This document shows, piece after piece, positions 47,164 to 57,207 of a DNA stretch of 64,000 nt. A program made the translations under genes and the position numbers. The notes beneath the pieces are model-generated. The model had not been told where the DNA came from. It ran no database searches and saw only the letters and a list, made by a program, of their open reading frames with translations. The stretch lies in the NCBI GenBank assembly GCA_965230945.1, contig OZ246397.1, positions 88,029 through 152,028 on the forward strand, in the 5' to 3' direction. The stretch is from an uncultured Gammaproteobacteria bacterium (GTDB taxonomy: Bacteria; Patescibacteriota; Microgenomatia; PFEM01; JAPLYW01). Position 1 is the stretch's first letter. Each line of letters begins with the position of its first letter.

Positions 47164-47723
47164 GGAGAAACAATAATTGATTTAAAAATTAAACCTATTA
47201 AAACAAAGACAGCCATTATCCCTGTCCAGACTAAAAGCCTAACCCACCTAGGAGATACTACATGATAAAGAGTAATTTTAGTTGGATATTCTTTACCTTC
47301 AACCAAAAAAGAAGTAATGGGATTTTCTGAATGCCGAGCTAAATAAACCTTATCTTCTTTAGGTGTCCAGCCGCTGATAAAAAGTGATTCTTTAAGCGGA
47401 TGAACCAATTCTTCATAAAAGTTAGTCTTGAGGGTATCTTTAATTGTTTCTCGAGCATATTCTGGAGGATGATTTAAGATATAGGTAGGTAAGGGCAAAT
47501 TCAAAAACCAAGAACGAGAATAAGCCTCTTGATAAAAATCAATCGCCTCTCGCCTCGATAAATTAGTGTAATAAGCCCAAACACCAGGCATTTGGACAGT
47601 ATCCCCAGGCTCGGTTGATTTTAAAGCTCCTTTTAGATTGGGGATTACCGGTTCAGGAGTAATTAAATAAAAAACTCCTAAAAGATAAACTACAGTAATT
47701 AGGATTTTAAGCCATCTTTTCAT
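47145..47723 (-). CDS. Hypothetical membrane protein (two TM segments flanking a soluble domain)
   Basis: Hydrophobic termini; STEPGD, LNHPPE and HPLKESLF; overlaps both neighbours. Confidence 0.75.
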   Translation of the reverse strand: MKRWLKILITVVYLLGVFYLITPEPVIPNLKGALKSTEPGDTVQMPGVWAYYTNLSRREAIDFYQEAYSRSWFLNLPLPTYILNHPPEYARETIKDTLKTNFYEELVHPLKESLFISGWTPKEDKVYLARHSENPITSFLVEGKEYPTKITLYHVVSPRWVRLLVWTGIMAVFVLIGLIFKSIIVSPWRAKR

Positions 47724-48322
47724 TGGAATAATCTTGCTCTACCAAGATAATACTGATAATCTTTAGTTCCCCTATCTTTAATTTCTCTAGCAGGAACACC
47801 ACCAACAATCTTGCCTGCGGCTACATCTTTACTAACAACCGCACCGGCGGCAACCACGGCACCTCTGCCAATTTTCACTCCGGGTAAGATAATGACTCTG
47901 GGGCCAATAAAAACATAATCCCCTATCTCAACCGGCTTTTCAATGGCTCTAAATTTTGGATCATGGACATCATGCTGAGAATTATAAATAAGAACTTGAG
48001 AAGCTAAGGCCGTATGATTACCAATTTTTAGATTAGCCCTGCCATCCAAAAAACAATGATCGCCGATAATCGTATCCTTGCCGATCTCAATATTTTTCGG
48101 CTGAAAGAAATTAGCCCACATATGAATTGCTGAACCTTGGCCTATCTTTATTCCTGAAAGAGAATAAATTAGGTTACGAAAAGTATGGCTAGGAATAAAG
48201 CCTGCCCAACGCAAAAGCATTAGCTTAAAATCTAAAAAACAACTAGCCGTTCTCTTAGTAATTTTACTGTAAGCTTCTTTATTGGTTAATTTTTTACCTT
48301 CTTTATCTTCAAAAAAACTCAT
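47720..48322 (-). CDS. Hexapeptide-repeat O-acyltransferase
   Basis: IGKDTIIG and VEIGDYVFIGPRVIILPGVKIGRGAVVAAGAVV. Confidence 0.92.
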   Translation of the reverse strand: MSFFEDKEGKKLTNKEAYSKITKRTASCFLDFKLMLLRWAGFIPSHTFRNLIYSLSGIKIGQGSAIHMWANFFQPKNIEIGKDTIIGDHCFLDGRANLKIGNHTALASQVLIYNSQHDVHDPKFRAIEKPVEIGDYVFIGPRVIILPGVKIGRGAVVAAGAVVSKDVAAGKIVGGVPAREIKDRGTKDYQYYLGRARLFQ

Positions 48323-49422
48323 TTTGCCTCCTTTTCTAAAATTTTTAATATTTTTTCGGCAGTGTCCTGCCAGTTAAACTCCTTAGCCTGCCTTAAACCT
48401 CCTTCAATTAAATCGTCTCCTTTAGCTAAAGCTTCTTTTATTCCCCGAGCAATATCTGAATGATTATTGGGATTAACAATCACCCCGGCTCTACTAACAA
48501 TTTCCGGCAGACTGCCAGCCCTGCTTACCACCACCGGTGTTCCGCAAGCCATGGCCTCAATCACCGGAATTCCAAAGCCTTCATAAAAACTTGACAAAAC
48601 AAAAACTTTGGCTCCTGCCATCAGCCCTGGTACATTAGCTTCATCAACAAAACCAGTAAAGACAACTCTTCTTTCTAGACCAAAACTCTTAACTTTGCTA
48701 AAAATCTGATCATATAACCAGCCTTTTTTACCAGCAATTACTAAGCTGATTTTCCTATTACTCTTAACAACTTTAGCAAAAGCTTTTAGCAACCCCTCAA
48801 TATTTTTGCTCGGTTTTAAAGTACTTAGGAATAGAAGATAATCGCCTTCTATTTTATACTTTTCTCTGGCCTTATCTGTTTTCTCTTTAGCTTTTAGATT
48901 AAAGCTTTGGTGATCAATACCCGGATAACTAACGGTAATCTTTTTCGGATCTATATTGTAATACTTAATTATATCATTTTGACTGCTCCTAGAGATAGTA
49001 AAAATATGTTTAGCTCTTTTTATAGAAAAAGCTGTTCCCAATCTTAACTTCCAGTAAGTCTTTTTTGTAAAATGATCAGGAAATTTTAGATAACCCAAAT
49101 CCATAATAGAGACAAGCAGAGGAGCCTGAGAAAAAAGTGGTGAATAATGGCCGGGACTAAAAACTATATCCGGCTTAGGCCTTTGTTTAAATAAAGCCAA
49201 AGGAAGCCCTAAAAGATTCCAACATTTTTTAGGACCGACTACTTTATAAGACCATCCTTTTCTTTCCTGAGGCAGATCTTCCAAGGGCAAGGAGGGTAAA
49301 TAAATAGTGTAGTCATTTACCCTGTCAATATTATATAAGGCTTTTAATAACTCAAAAGCGTACTGGTTAGACCCCACCCTATGACTGATATTAGCTTCAT
49401 AGCCAATTAAAGCAGTTCTCAT
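48319..49422 (-). CDS. Glycosyltransferase family 4
   Basis: TLKPSKN and YEGFGIPVIEAMACGTPVV. Confidence 0.92.
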   Translation of the reverse strand: MRTALIGYEANISHRVGSNQYAFELLKALYNIDRVNDYTIYLPSLPLEDLPQERKGWSYKVVGPKKCWNLLGLPLALFKQRPKPDIVFSPGHYSPLFSQAPLLVSIMDLGYLKFPDHFTKKTYWKLRLGTAFSIKRAKHIFTISRSSQNDIIKYYNIDPKKITVSYPGIDHQSFNLKAKEKTDKAREKYKIEGDYLLFLSTLKPSKNIEGLLKAFAKVVKSNRKISLVIAGKKGWLYDQIFSKVKSFGLERRVVFTGFVDEANVPGLMAGAKVFVLSSFYEGFGIPVIEAMACGTPVVVSRAGSLPEIVSRAGVIVNPNNHSDIARGIKEALAKGDDLIEGGLRQAKEFNWQDTAEKILKILEKEAK

Positions 49423-49424
49423 CT

Positions 49425-49892
49425 TTATTTACCTAGTTTATAGACAACAATGTCATTTGCCAACTCCCAAGTCTTAAGGATTTTGGTAGGTTGAAATTCA
49501 TAAATCTCCATAATTTGGGTATTTATAGGGTCAGGCAAGCCTCCTTCGGCAATAACATAAAGAATTTCGGCCTTCTGGTAATCTTCAGGCTGTCAATCCA
49601 AAGCTCTTTTGCTATAATAAGCCTCTGTAAAATAGCGATAGCCAACCGCATTATGATCCCAACGGTCTGGATTACGATAATTAGACATTAAATTAAAGGT
49701 TTTTGTTTCATCAACATCATCAGCAATCATCCTGGCTACATCCTTAATATCACCAATCGTTCGTTCAGGCTCTTCAAAAACCAAAACATGCTTTAAGTTA
49801 AAAAGGAACATAAAAGCAAAAAGCAAGATTAAAGTTAAAAATAAAAGCTCTCTCTTATTAGCTTTAATAAAATTAACTAATTTCTTCTTCAT
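49425..49892 (-). pseudogene. Internally deleted GT-C/PMT-like gene with an in-frame TGA
   Basis: The ORF stops at TGA 49593-49595, but the same frame continues 55 codons (QPEDYQKAEILYVI...VVYKLGK*) to a TAA 2 nt before the next ATG. Only one TM segment precedes the C-terminal domain. Confidence 0.7.
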
Positions 49893-51016
49893 TTACCTTT
49901 TATTGCTTGCCTGTAAATATCAAGCGTGCCTTTGGCAGTCTTTTCCCAGGAAAACTTAGCTGCCTGTTTAAATCCTTTTTTAACCAATTCCTCTTTATTT
50001 CTAATGGCTCTGGTTATTCCATGGCTAATACTTTCTACTTCTAAAGGATCAACCAAAACTGCCGCTTTTCCTGCCACTTCCGGCATACTGGAAATATCAG
50101 AAGTAACCACAGGAGAACCACAAACCATTGCTTCTAAAATCGGCAAGCCAAAACCCTCATATAAAGAAGGAAAAACAAAACAACTTGCCGATGAGTATAA
50201 AGCTGACAAATCCCTTTCCCGATTAATAAAGCCGGTAAAAATAATGTCTTTAGGTTGATAACCCATTATTCTTTTTATCTCCTCATCCCAACCAAGCTTG
50301 CCGGCTAAAACTAATTTCATCTGGGGAATAATCTTTTGAACCTCCCTAAAGGCCAAAATTACCCGTTTAAGATTTTTTCTTGGCTCTAAAGTAGCCACCG
50401 ATAAAAGGAAATCCCCTTTTATCTTATATTTTTTCTTGACTTCATCTATAATTTTTTGGTCTTTAATCTTTTTAATATCCGTCGGTGGAGCTTCATAAAC
50501 CACTTTAACTTTTTTAGGAGAAATGCCTAAAATATTAACAACATCTTTTTTAGTCGCTTCAGAAATGGCTATAATTAAATCAACTTCTTTCTTAATCCAC
50601 TTAAAACGTCCCTTCATAACGGCACTAATCTTAGGATGGGCCGTATCAGGATATTTCAAAAAGCCAAAATCATGAATGGTAGTCACCTTAGCCGAATTAG
50701 TCGGTGGCTGTGTCCAATCAGAAGAATGAAAAACATCAACTGGACCAATTAATCTATCAATAGGTAAAACATGGAGTTTATTCCATAAAAAATCTGCCAA
50801 GGTAGGTGGAATTAAAAAAGTTTTTCCTGAAACATTCTTAAATGAAGAAAGACTAGAAAGATAATCTCGTAAGGTATCTGTTTGACGCAAGCTACCGCCA
50901 AAAAGAAAAAACTCATCTTTTTTATCTATCTTTAATAAAGAGTGAATGAGATTCTTGGTGTAAACAGAAACACCTGTACCATAGACTATTTGGGAAATAT
51001 CAATACCAATCTTCAT
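49889..51016 (-). CDS. Glycosyltransferase family 4
   Basis: IGIDIS, TTIHD, LEPRKN and YEGFGLPILEAM. Confidence 0.92.
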   Translation of the reverse strand: MKIGIDISQIVYGTGVSVYTKNLIHSLLKIDKKDEFFLFGGSLRQTDTLRDYLSSLSSFKNVSGKTFLIPPTLADFLWNKLHVLPIDRLIGPVDVFHSSDWTQPPTNSAKVTTIHDFGFLKYPDTAHPKISAVMKGRFKWIKKEVDLIIAISEATKKDVVNILGISPKKVKVVYEAPPTDIKKIKDQKIIDEVKKKYKIKGDFLLSVATLEPRKNLKRVILAFREVQKIIPQMKLVLAGKLGWDEEIKRIMGYQPKDIIFTGFINRERDLSALYSSASCFVFPSLYEGFGLPILEAMVCGSPVVTSDISSMPEVAGKAAVLVDPLEVESISHGITRAIRNKEELVKKGFKQAAKFSWEKTAKGTLDIYRQAIKGK

Positions 51017-51486
51017 GATACTTTTCTGAAAACTCTATCCGAAAGAGAAGGTTGTTTAAAATCAGGTCTTTTGGCTTCTCGCAATCTTCTTTGCCTATGC
51101 CTGAGAGAGTATTTGTTAGCAAAAACCCAACTCTGTATCTCAAGTCTTTTTTTTGTTTTAATTGGGCTTCTAATTACCCAATCCTCATCGACACCAATAT
51201 TTAAAAATCTCGTTTCCCTGTTGGGAATATCATTAATTTTCAGAACCGCACAGGGGAGAAAATCACCCGGCCTAGCAAAATTGACCCTAACCTGAATCGT
51301 TGCCCCTGGAGGAATCCTTCCCTTAACTACACCTCGCTCTCCTCTCCTTCTTTTATCAGGATCCTCACGAAAGATATCTTTTCCCTCCTCAAAAATCAAA
51401 GTCGCAAAATCGGGTTTCCTTTCTTTCTTAGTTACTTCTTTTTTAATTTCTTCTTTAACCGCTAAACTGCCTTCTGTCTCACTCAT
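51013..51486 (-). CDS. Hypothetical basic protein
   Basis: 157-aa ORF overlapping both neighbours in the operon. Confidence 0.6.
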   Translation of the reverse strand: MSETEGSLAVKEEIKKEVTKKERKPDFATLIFEEGKDIFREDPDKRRRGERGVVKGRIPPGATIQVRVNFARPGDFLPCAVLKINDIPNRETRFLNIGVDEDWVIRSPIKTKKRLEIQSWVFANKYSLRHRQRRLREAKRPDFKQPSLSDRVFRKVS

Positions 51487-52942
51487 AACTATACCTCCAT
51501 TCTTGAATTTTAACCTGATTAAAACTAACTTCCTCTATTTTATCAAAATTATTAGTTTCAAGCCAATTTACAACTAATCCCTGAGGGTCAAAAAGATCGG
51601 TTAGATAGTAAATATAGTAAAAAGTCTTTATTGGCCCTGAAGATAATTTCTTAAGGTCTTTAGAATTAACAACTCTAATTCCTTCGGCTACAGTTACTAA
51701 AGGAACTTTCTTTTGGCTGTAATAAGTATAGGGCCAATGGGAAGTAGAAGAAGGCAAAAGGGCGGCACTATCTTCCTTAGCCTCTTCTTCAATATAGCTA
51801 ACTACCCCTCGCCAATCTTCACGATGAAAATAAGGATTAGTGTAGTAGAAACTTAATGATACTAAGTTAACCAATAAAACAAAGGCAATAGCTAAAAAAC
51901 GTGATATGGGCTTAGAAAAGCTAACCACCCCAAAAGACAGAATAAGATAAAAAGCAGGTAAAGAAAGTAAAAGCCTAAAAGGCTGATAGTTGGGAATTAA
52001 AAAGGAAACTACCCAGGCCAGAAAGATGGGAACTAAAAACCACAAAAGAATAATAATTAGTGACTTATACTTCTTGGCTAATCTCTTCTTCTTAAGAACC
52101 AGCCCATTGGCTATTAAAAGTCCATAAATAGCAAAAAGAGATAAGGCCACTACCGCATATAGGCTTTTATTGAAAATGGTAATCCGACCAATAGAAAACT
52201 TAATAAAGGTTAAAGGCAAGGCCTTAAAAAAGCTTACATTAACTAACTCTCCCCATCCCGGCAAGATAGCACTGGCCTCAATGCCAGTTTTTAATTGAAT
52301 TGACAATAAAAATAGGACTGGCAAAAATAAAAAGGCAATAATACTAAAGTTACGGAAAAGCTCCATGGTTCTCTTTCTTAAGAAAAGAACACCGATGACT
52401 ATCTGTAATAAGAAGATAAACAAGCCATAGTAATCAGAATAAAGCAATAAGGTTGTTGAAAGAATATAGGCAACAGTTAGTTTTCTATTATTTAAACGAT
52501 TATTGATTAATCTTAAAAAATAATAAAAAGACAAGGCGGCGAAAAAGGTAGCTAGTGAATACATCCTTGCCTCTTGAGAATAATAAATATGGAAAGGGGC
52601 TGTAGCTAAAAACAAAGCTGATATTAAAGGTAAGATCTTTTTAACCTTATTCCTGCCATTTATCAGATGTTTAGCTATTAAATAAACAAAATAAATAGTG
52701 GCTGTTCCAAAAATAACTGAGGGCAGCCTCATAATTATCTCACTGTTGCCAAACAAATGAGCCCAACACCACATTAAAAGATGATACAAAGGAGGATGAA
52801 AATCCCCTCTTAGCTCTACAAAAAGATTTAAAAATGGAGCTTGAGAAGTCAGAGCTTGAACTGACTCATCAAGCCAAAAAGACTGATTAAGATTAATCAA
52901 CCGCAAAACAAAACCCAAAATCAAAATTAAAATTATGCCCAT
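51479..52942 (-). CDS. GT-C fold glycosyltransferase family 39 (PMT-like)
   Basis: LNQSFWLDE, HPPLY, RLPSV, YSQEARMY and REDWR. Confidence 0.9.
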   Translation of the reverse strand: MGIILILILGFVLRLINLNQSFWLDESVQALTSQAPFLNLFVELRGDFHPPLYHLLMWCWAHLFGNSEIIMRLPSVIFGTATIYFVYLIAKHLINGRNKVKKILPLISALFLATAPFHIYYSQEARMYSLATFFAALSFYYFLRLINNRLNNRKLTVAYILSTTLLLYSDYYGLFIFLLQIVIGVLFLRKRTMELFRNFSIIAFLFLPVLFLLSIQLKTGIEASAILPGWGELVNVSFFKALPLTFIKFSIGRITIFNKSLYAVVALSLFAIYGLLIANGLVLKKKRLAKKYKSLIIILLWFLVPIFLAWVVSFLIPNYQPFRLLLSLPAFYLILSFGVVSFSKPISRFLAIAFVLLVNLVSLSFYYTNPYFHREDWRGVVSYIEEEAKEDSAALLPSSTSHWPYTYYSQKKVPLVTVAEGIRVVNSKDLKKLSSGPIKTFYYIYYLTDLFDPQGLVVNWLETNNFDKIEEVSFNQVKIQEWRYSYE

Positions 52943-53826
52943 AATTTCTCCTGCTTAATTTCTTTGTTAAATAAAAAGTAAACAGCTAATTTAAGTTTAA
53001 ACCTTAGTAAAAAATTAACCACCAAAGCTAATCTAAAAATCTTAAGTTTTGACAAGCCATAATTCTTTTTAACAAAAAGGAGCATTGAAGAAAAATATTG
53101 TTTGTAAAAACTAAAACTTTCGCTACTTATTTTTTGTTTCCAACTTGCTCCTCCTAAGTGAATAATTTTTGCTTTTGGAACGACTACCAATTTAAAACCC
53201 ATTTTCTTTACCCGCCAACACCAATCAACGTCCTCATATAAAAACTGATAATTTTCATCAAGCAAGCCTGCCTTATCCCAGACTTCTTTTTTAGCCATCA
53301 AAGCCGCTCCTGGCAATTGATCTACCTCTATAGTATCCTTTTCAGATAAATCGCTTAAAATTAACCTTCTTAGCTTAGTTTTTAAAAACAAAGGCCTTAA
53401 AAAAGGATTATGATAAACAAAAACCTGCCATAAATTAGGAAACCTCATATAATAATCTTTCTGTATTTCTCCTGATTTGAATACTAAAAGAGGTGAAGCA
53501 ACCGCAATATTTTTATCTTTTGCAAAAGCATCTGCTAACTTTTTAATAGCATCTCCAGGAACTATTGTGTCGGAATTTAAAATCATAATTAAATCTCCTT
53601 TAGCTTTTCTAATCCCCTGATTATTACCTTTGGCAAAACCTAAGTTCTTTTTATTTTCAATTAACTTCACTTCGGGAAACTCCTTTTTGATCATTCCCGT
53701 ACTACTGTCAGAAGAATTGTTATCAACAACAATAATTTCAAAAACATCCTTTTGCTTTATTGATTTAAGACAATCTCTTAAAAGAGACTTTGTGTTCCAA
53801 GAAAGAATAACTACTGAAACTTTCAT
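52933..53826 (-). CDS. Glycosyltransferase family 2
   Basis: VDNNSSD, NLGFAKGNN, ILNSD and YEDVDW. Confidence 0.92.
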   Translation of the reverse strand: MKVSVVILSWNTKSLLRDCLKSIKQKDVFEIIVVDNNSSDSSTGMIKKEFPEVKLIENKKNLGFAKGNNQGIRKAKGDLIMILNSDTIVPGDAIKKLADAFAKDKNIAVASPLLVFKSGEIQKDYYMRFPNLWQVFVYHNPFLRPLFLKTKLRRLILSDLSEKDTIEVDQLPGAALMAKKEVWDKAGLLDENYQFLYEDVDWCWRVKKMGFKLVVVPKAKIIHLGGASWKQKISSESFSFYKQYFSSMLLFVKKNYGLSKLKIFRLALVVNFLLRFKLKLAVYFLFNKEIKQEKLWA

Positions 53827-55049
53827 CTTTTTAGTACTCTTAAGACAAATATATTATTAATAAACAAACCTATTAGTTCTCCTCCCAAAACAGCATAGGC
53901 TGCGCCCATAATAGAAAAACGAGGGATTAAAAGCAAACATAAAACAAGCTTGATAACAAAATTCAAACTAGCAAAAGGTAAAAATCTCTTAAAATGAGGT
54001 GAATTTTGAATAATATTCCCTGGCAAAACATTTAAGAAAAACAAAACTAAGGCAAAGCCCAAAACAACTAACGCCGGAGCGGCGGCCAAATAATCACTAC
54101 CATAAGCAAAACCAATAATGAACTTAGAAAAAAGGCCAAAAACCAAAACAAAGGGTAAAGAGATTAAAAACAAAACCCCTAAGCCTTTTTTGTAAATCCT
54201 AAATAACCTTTCTTTATCTTGTAAAAATAATCTGGAAGATAAAGGAAATAAGGCTAAGGCCAATGATTGAGGAATTAAAATAATAGCCTCTGTAAATTTA
54301 AAAGCACTCCCATAAAGACCAGTTATATAAGGGCCTTTAATTAAACCAATCATAATTAAAGATAAACGCAGATAAAAAACAGCCAAAATTAAAAGAAAAG
54401 CAAAAGCCCAAGATTGAGATAAAGCTTTCTTCCAAAAAATCTTGTCGATTATCCAGCCAAGTTTTAAACTCCAAGATGGAGATTTAAACAGGAAAAACAA
54501 AGCTACAAGACTATGAGCAATAACCGCGGCCAAAAAAACAAAAATCAAAGGAAAATTAAATAAAACAAAGGTTATCCCTAAAATAGCCGTTAAAACAGGA
54601 CCGGCAATATTAGCACCAGCCATATATTGCATTTTTTCTTTGGCGTTAAAAAAACTGGTTAAAAGATAAACAAAACTAAAAGGAAAGATAAAAAGACCAA
54701 AGACAGCTAGATAAATAATCTGATTTAAATTTTGTCCTAAAGCTAAAGCCAATAAAAGAGCTCCTATATAAGCACCTAAAGAAATTAAAAATCTTAAAGG
54801 TAGAAGCCTAGACAAATAAAAAGAAATCTTGTTTTGTCCACGAGAAATATCACGCAAAACTAATCTCTCCATGCCAAAATCAGCTACTGGTATAAAATTA
54901 TAAATGAAAGCTAAGGTGAAATTATAAACACCAAAGGTCTCAACCCCTAAGAAGCGAGCTAAAAAGATAAAATAAAAAAAGCCGATAACCCGGCCAGTTA
55001 ATTGAGAAGCAGAAAGAAAAAAAGTGTTTTTGGCAATCTTAGCTAGCAC
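53823..55049 (-). CDS. Wzx-type oligosaccharide flippase
   Basis: KNTFF, ARFLG, DFG, GLY and ALFP motifs; many TM segments. Confidence 0.88.
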   Translation of the reverse strand: MLAKIAKNTFFLSASQLTGRVIGFFYFIFLARFLGVETFGVYNFTLAFIYNFIPVADFGMERLVLRDISRGQNKISFYLSRLLPLRFLISLGAYIGALLLALALGQNLNQIIYLAVFGLFIFPFSFVYLLTSFFNAKEKMQYMAGANIAGPVLTAILGITFVLFNFPLIFVFLAAVIAHSLVALFFLFKSPSWSLKLGWIIDKIFWKKALSQSWAFAFLLILAVFYLRLSLIMIGLIKGPYITGLYGSAFKFTEAIILIPQSLALALFPLSSRLFLQDKERLFRIYKKGLGVLFLISLPFVLVFGLFSKFIIGFAYGSDYLAAAPALVVLGFALVLFFLNVLPGNIIQNSPHFKRFLPFASLNFVIKLVLCLLLIPRFSIMGAAYAVLGGELIGLFINNIFVLRVLKR

Positions 55050-55142
55050 AAAGTAATTTTACTTTATTAAAAAGATAAATGCTATCTTTCTTGAATCAAT
55101 TTAAGACAAAGTTTATAATAAGAACATTAAAAGCTTATTTTT

Positions 55143-56078
55143 ATGAGAAAAAACAAAAAATATTTTTATTCTGTTGTTATTCCTGTCTTCAATGAAGAGA
55201 AAAACATTGCCAAACTTCATCGAGAAATTGTGGCAGTGATGAAAAAACTCAAAAAGCCTTATGAGGTTATTTTTGTGGATGATGGCTCAACGGACAAGAG
55301 CTTCCAAATTTTAAAAAAGCTCAAGGTCCTGAAAATCATCAGATTCAGAAGGAATTTCGGCCAATCAGCCGCTTTAGACGCCGGTGTTAAGAATTCCCAA
55401 GGAGAAATTTTAATTACTCTTGATGGCGACGGCCAAAATGATCCTAACGATATTCCTAAACTTTTAAAAAAACTTGATGAGAGATACGATGCCGTTTGTG
55501 GTTGGCGCTATCAAAGAAATGATCCTTTGAGCAAAAAAATTGTTTCCAAAGTTGCCAATTATATTGGCAGTTTTTTAGTTAATCCTGGAATCCATGATTC
55601 AGGCTGCACTTTACGAGTTTACAAAAGAGAATGTTTTGAGGATTTGGACCTTTATGGAGAAATGCACCGCCTAATCCCGGCTTTAATCAAATGGCGTGGT
55701 TTTAAAATCACTGAGGTTAAAGTCAATCATAAAAAAAGAAAATTCGGCAAAACCAAATATACTTCTACAAGAACATTAAAGGGTTTTTTGGACATGTTTG
55801 AAGTTTGGTTTTGGCGAAAGTATGAAAACAGGCCCTTACATCTTTTTGGGGGCTTGGGAATTCTTCTTTCGTTTTTTTCTTTTGCTTTCGGAATTTACTT
55901 AGCCATCAGAAGAATCTTTTTTGGCTATTCACTATCTGATAAAATCTGGCCCTTGATTGCTATTACCGGCTTTATCACCGGCATTCAATTTTTAATTTTT
56001 GGTCTTCTAGCTGATTTAATCATCAAAAACCGCCCGAGAAAAAACTTCTATAAAATTAAAGAGATTATCGAAAAATAA
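55143..56078 (+). CDS. GT2 polyprenol-phosphate glycosyltransferase (ArnC/GtrB-like)
   Basis: VDDGSTD, RNFGQSAA, LDGDGQNDP, GEMHR and two C-terminal TM segments. Confidence 0.92.
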   Translation: MRKNKKYFYSVVIPVFNEEKNIAKLHREIVAVMKKLKKPYEVIFVDDGSTDKSFQILKKLKVLKIIRFRRNFGQSAALDAGVKNSQGEILITLDGDGQNDPNDIPKLLKKLDERYDAVCGWRYQRNDPLSKKIVSKVANYIGSFLVNPGIHDSGCTLRVYKRECFEDLDLYGEMHRLIPALIKWRGFKITEVKVNHKKRKFGKTKYTSTRTLKGFLDMFEVWFWRKYENRPLHLFGGLGILLSFFSFAFGIYLAIRRIFFGYSLSDKIWPLIAITGFITGIQFLIFGLLADLIIKNRPRKNFYKIKEIIEK

Positions 56079-56081
56079 AAG

Positions 56082-57206
56082 ATGAAAATCTTAATGCTCA
56101 ATTACGAGTTCCCTCCTTTGGGCGGTGGTGCTGGAAATGCTAATTATTATCTTTTAAAAGAATTTGCCAAAGATAAAAAAATTAAGATAGACCTCGTTAC
56201 CTCATCAATTTCTGGTTTTAAAAGAGATAAATTCTCTGGGAATATAAATATTTACTACCTTAATATAGGTAAAAACAAGAATAAGGTTCACTACCAAACC
56301 AATAAAGATCTTCTTGTTTATTCTTTTAAAGCCTATTTTTTTGCCCGCAGCCTCCTTAAAAAAAATCAATACGACTTAATTCATTCTTGGTTTGGTATCC
56401 CCTGTGGTTTTCTGGCCATGTTGCTAAAAAAACCATACATAGTATCCTTAAGGGGTTCTGATGTTCCTTTTTATAACCAAAGATTTAAAAATTTGGACAA
56501 CCTTTTTTTTAAACGCCTAAGTAAAATTATTTGGGGAAAAGCCAAAGGCGTTATCGCCAACTCCGAAGGGTTGAAAGGATTAGCTCAAAAAACTGCTCCC
56601 AAACAGCAAATTGAAATTATTTATAACGGTGTTAACATTAAAGAATTCAAGCCGGTAAAAAATAAAAAAAGCAGTAAAAAATTAAGAATCATTTGTGTTG
56701 CCAGGCTTATTAAAAGAAAAGGGATTAATTATTTATTGAGAGCTTTAGGCGGTTTAAAAAATAAAGATTTTACCTTAACGCTTATTGGCGATGGTAAAGA
56801 AAAAGAAAACCTAAAAGAACTAGCAAAAAAGTTAAAAATTGAAAAAAAAGTTAAATTTTTAGGTTCAATTCCCCATCAAAAAATAGTAAAATATTATCAA
56901 GAAAATGAGCTTTTTGTATTTCCCTCTTTAAATGAAGGTATGAGTAACACTATTTTAGAAGCCATGGCTTGTGGATTGCCAATTATCACAACGAATGTCG
57001 GCGGGGCAAAAGAATTAGTCAAAAATAACGGCATTATTGTTAAACCAAGATCATCCAACCAAATTAAAAAAGCAATTTTAGAATATCTAAATAATAAAGA
57101 TTTAATTAAAATACACAGCCAAGCTTCAAGACAAATCGCCGAAAAAATGAGCTGGGAAAAGGTAGCTAAAAGTTATCAAAAGATTTATAGAAAATCATTT
57201 AATTAA
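56082..57206 (+). CDS. Glycosyltransferase family 4
   Basis: YEFPPLGGG, ARLIKRKG and EGMSNTILEAMACG. Confidence 0.92.
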   Translation: MKILMLNYEFPPLGGGAGNANYYLLKEFAKDKKIKIDLVTSSISGFKRDKFSGNINIYYLNIGKNKNKVHYQTNKDLLVYSFKAYFFARSLLKKNQYDLIHSWFGIPCGFLAMLLKKPYIVSLRGSDVPFYNQRFKNLDNLFFKRLSKIIWGKAKGVIANSEGLKGLAQKTAPKQQIEIIYNGVNIKEFKPVKNKKSSKKLRIICVARLIKRKGINYLLRALGGLKNKDFTLTLIGDGKEKENLKELAKKLKIEKKVKFLGSIPHQKIVKYYQENELFVFPSLNEGMSNTILEAMACGLPIITTNVGGAKELVKNNGIIVKPRSSNQIKKAILEYLNNKDLIKIHSQASRQIAEKMSWEKVAKSYQKIYRKSFN

Positions 57207-57207
57207 A

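Noticed and set aside
49593-49595. TGA recoding (genetic code 25 or 4) or selenocysteine read-through
   Set aside because: TGA is the normal stop for rplU, ftsQ, mraZ and the GT2 at 1070, and no other gene here has an internal TGA. A nonsense mutation is simpler.
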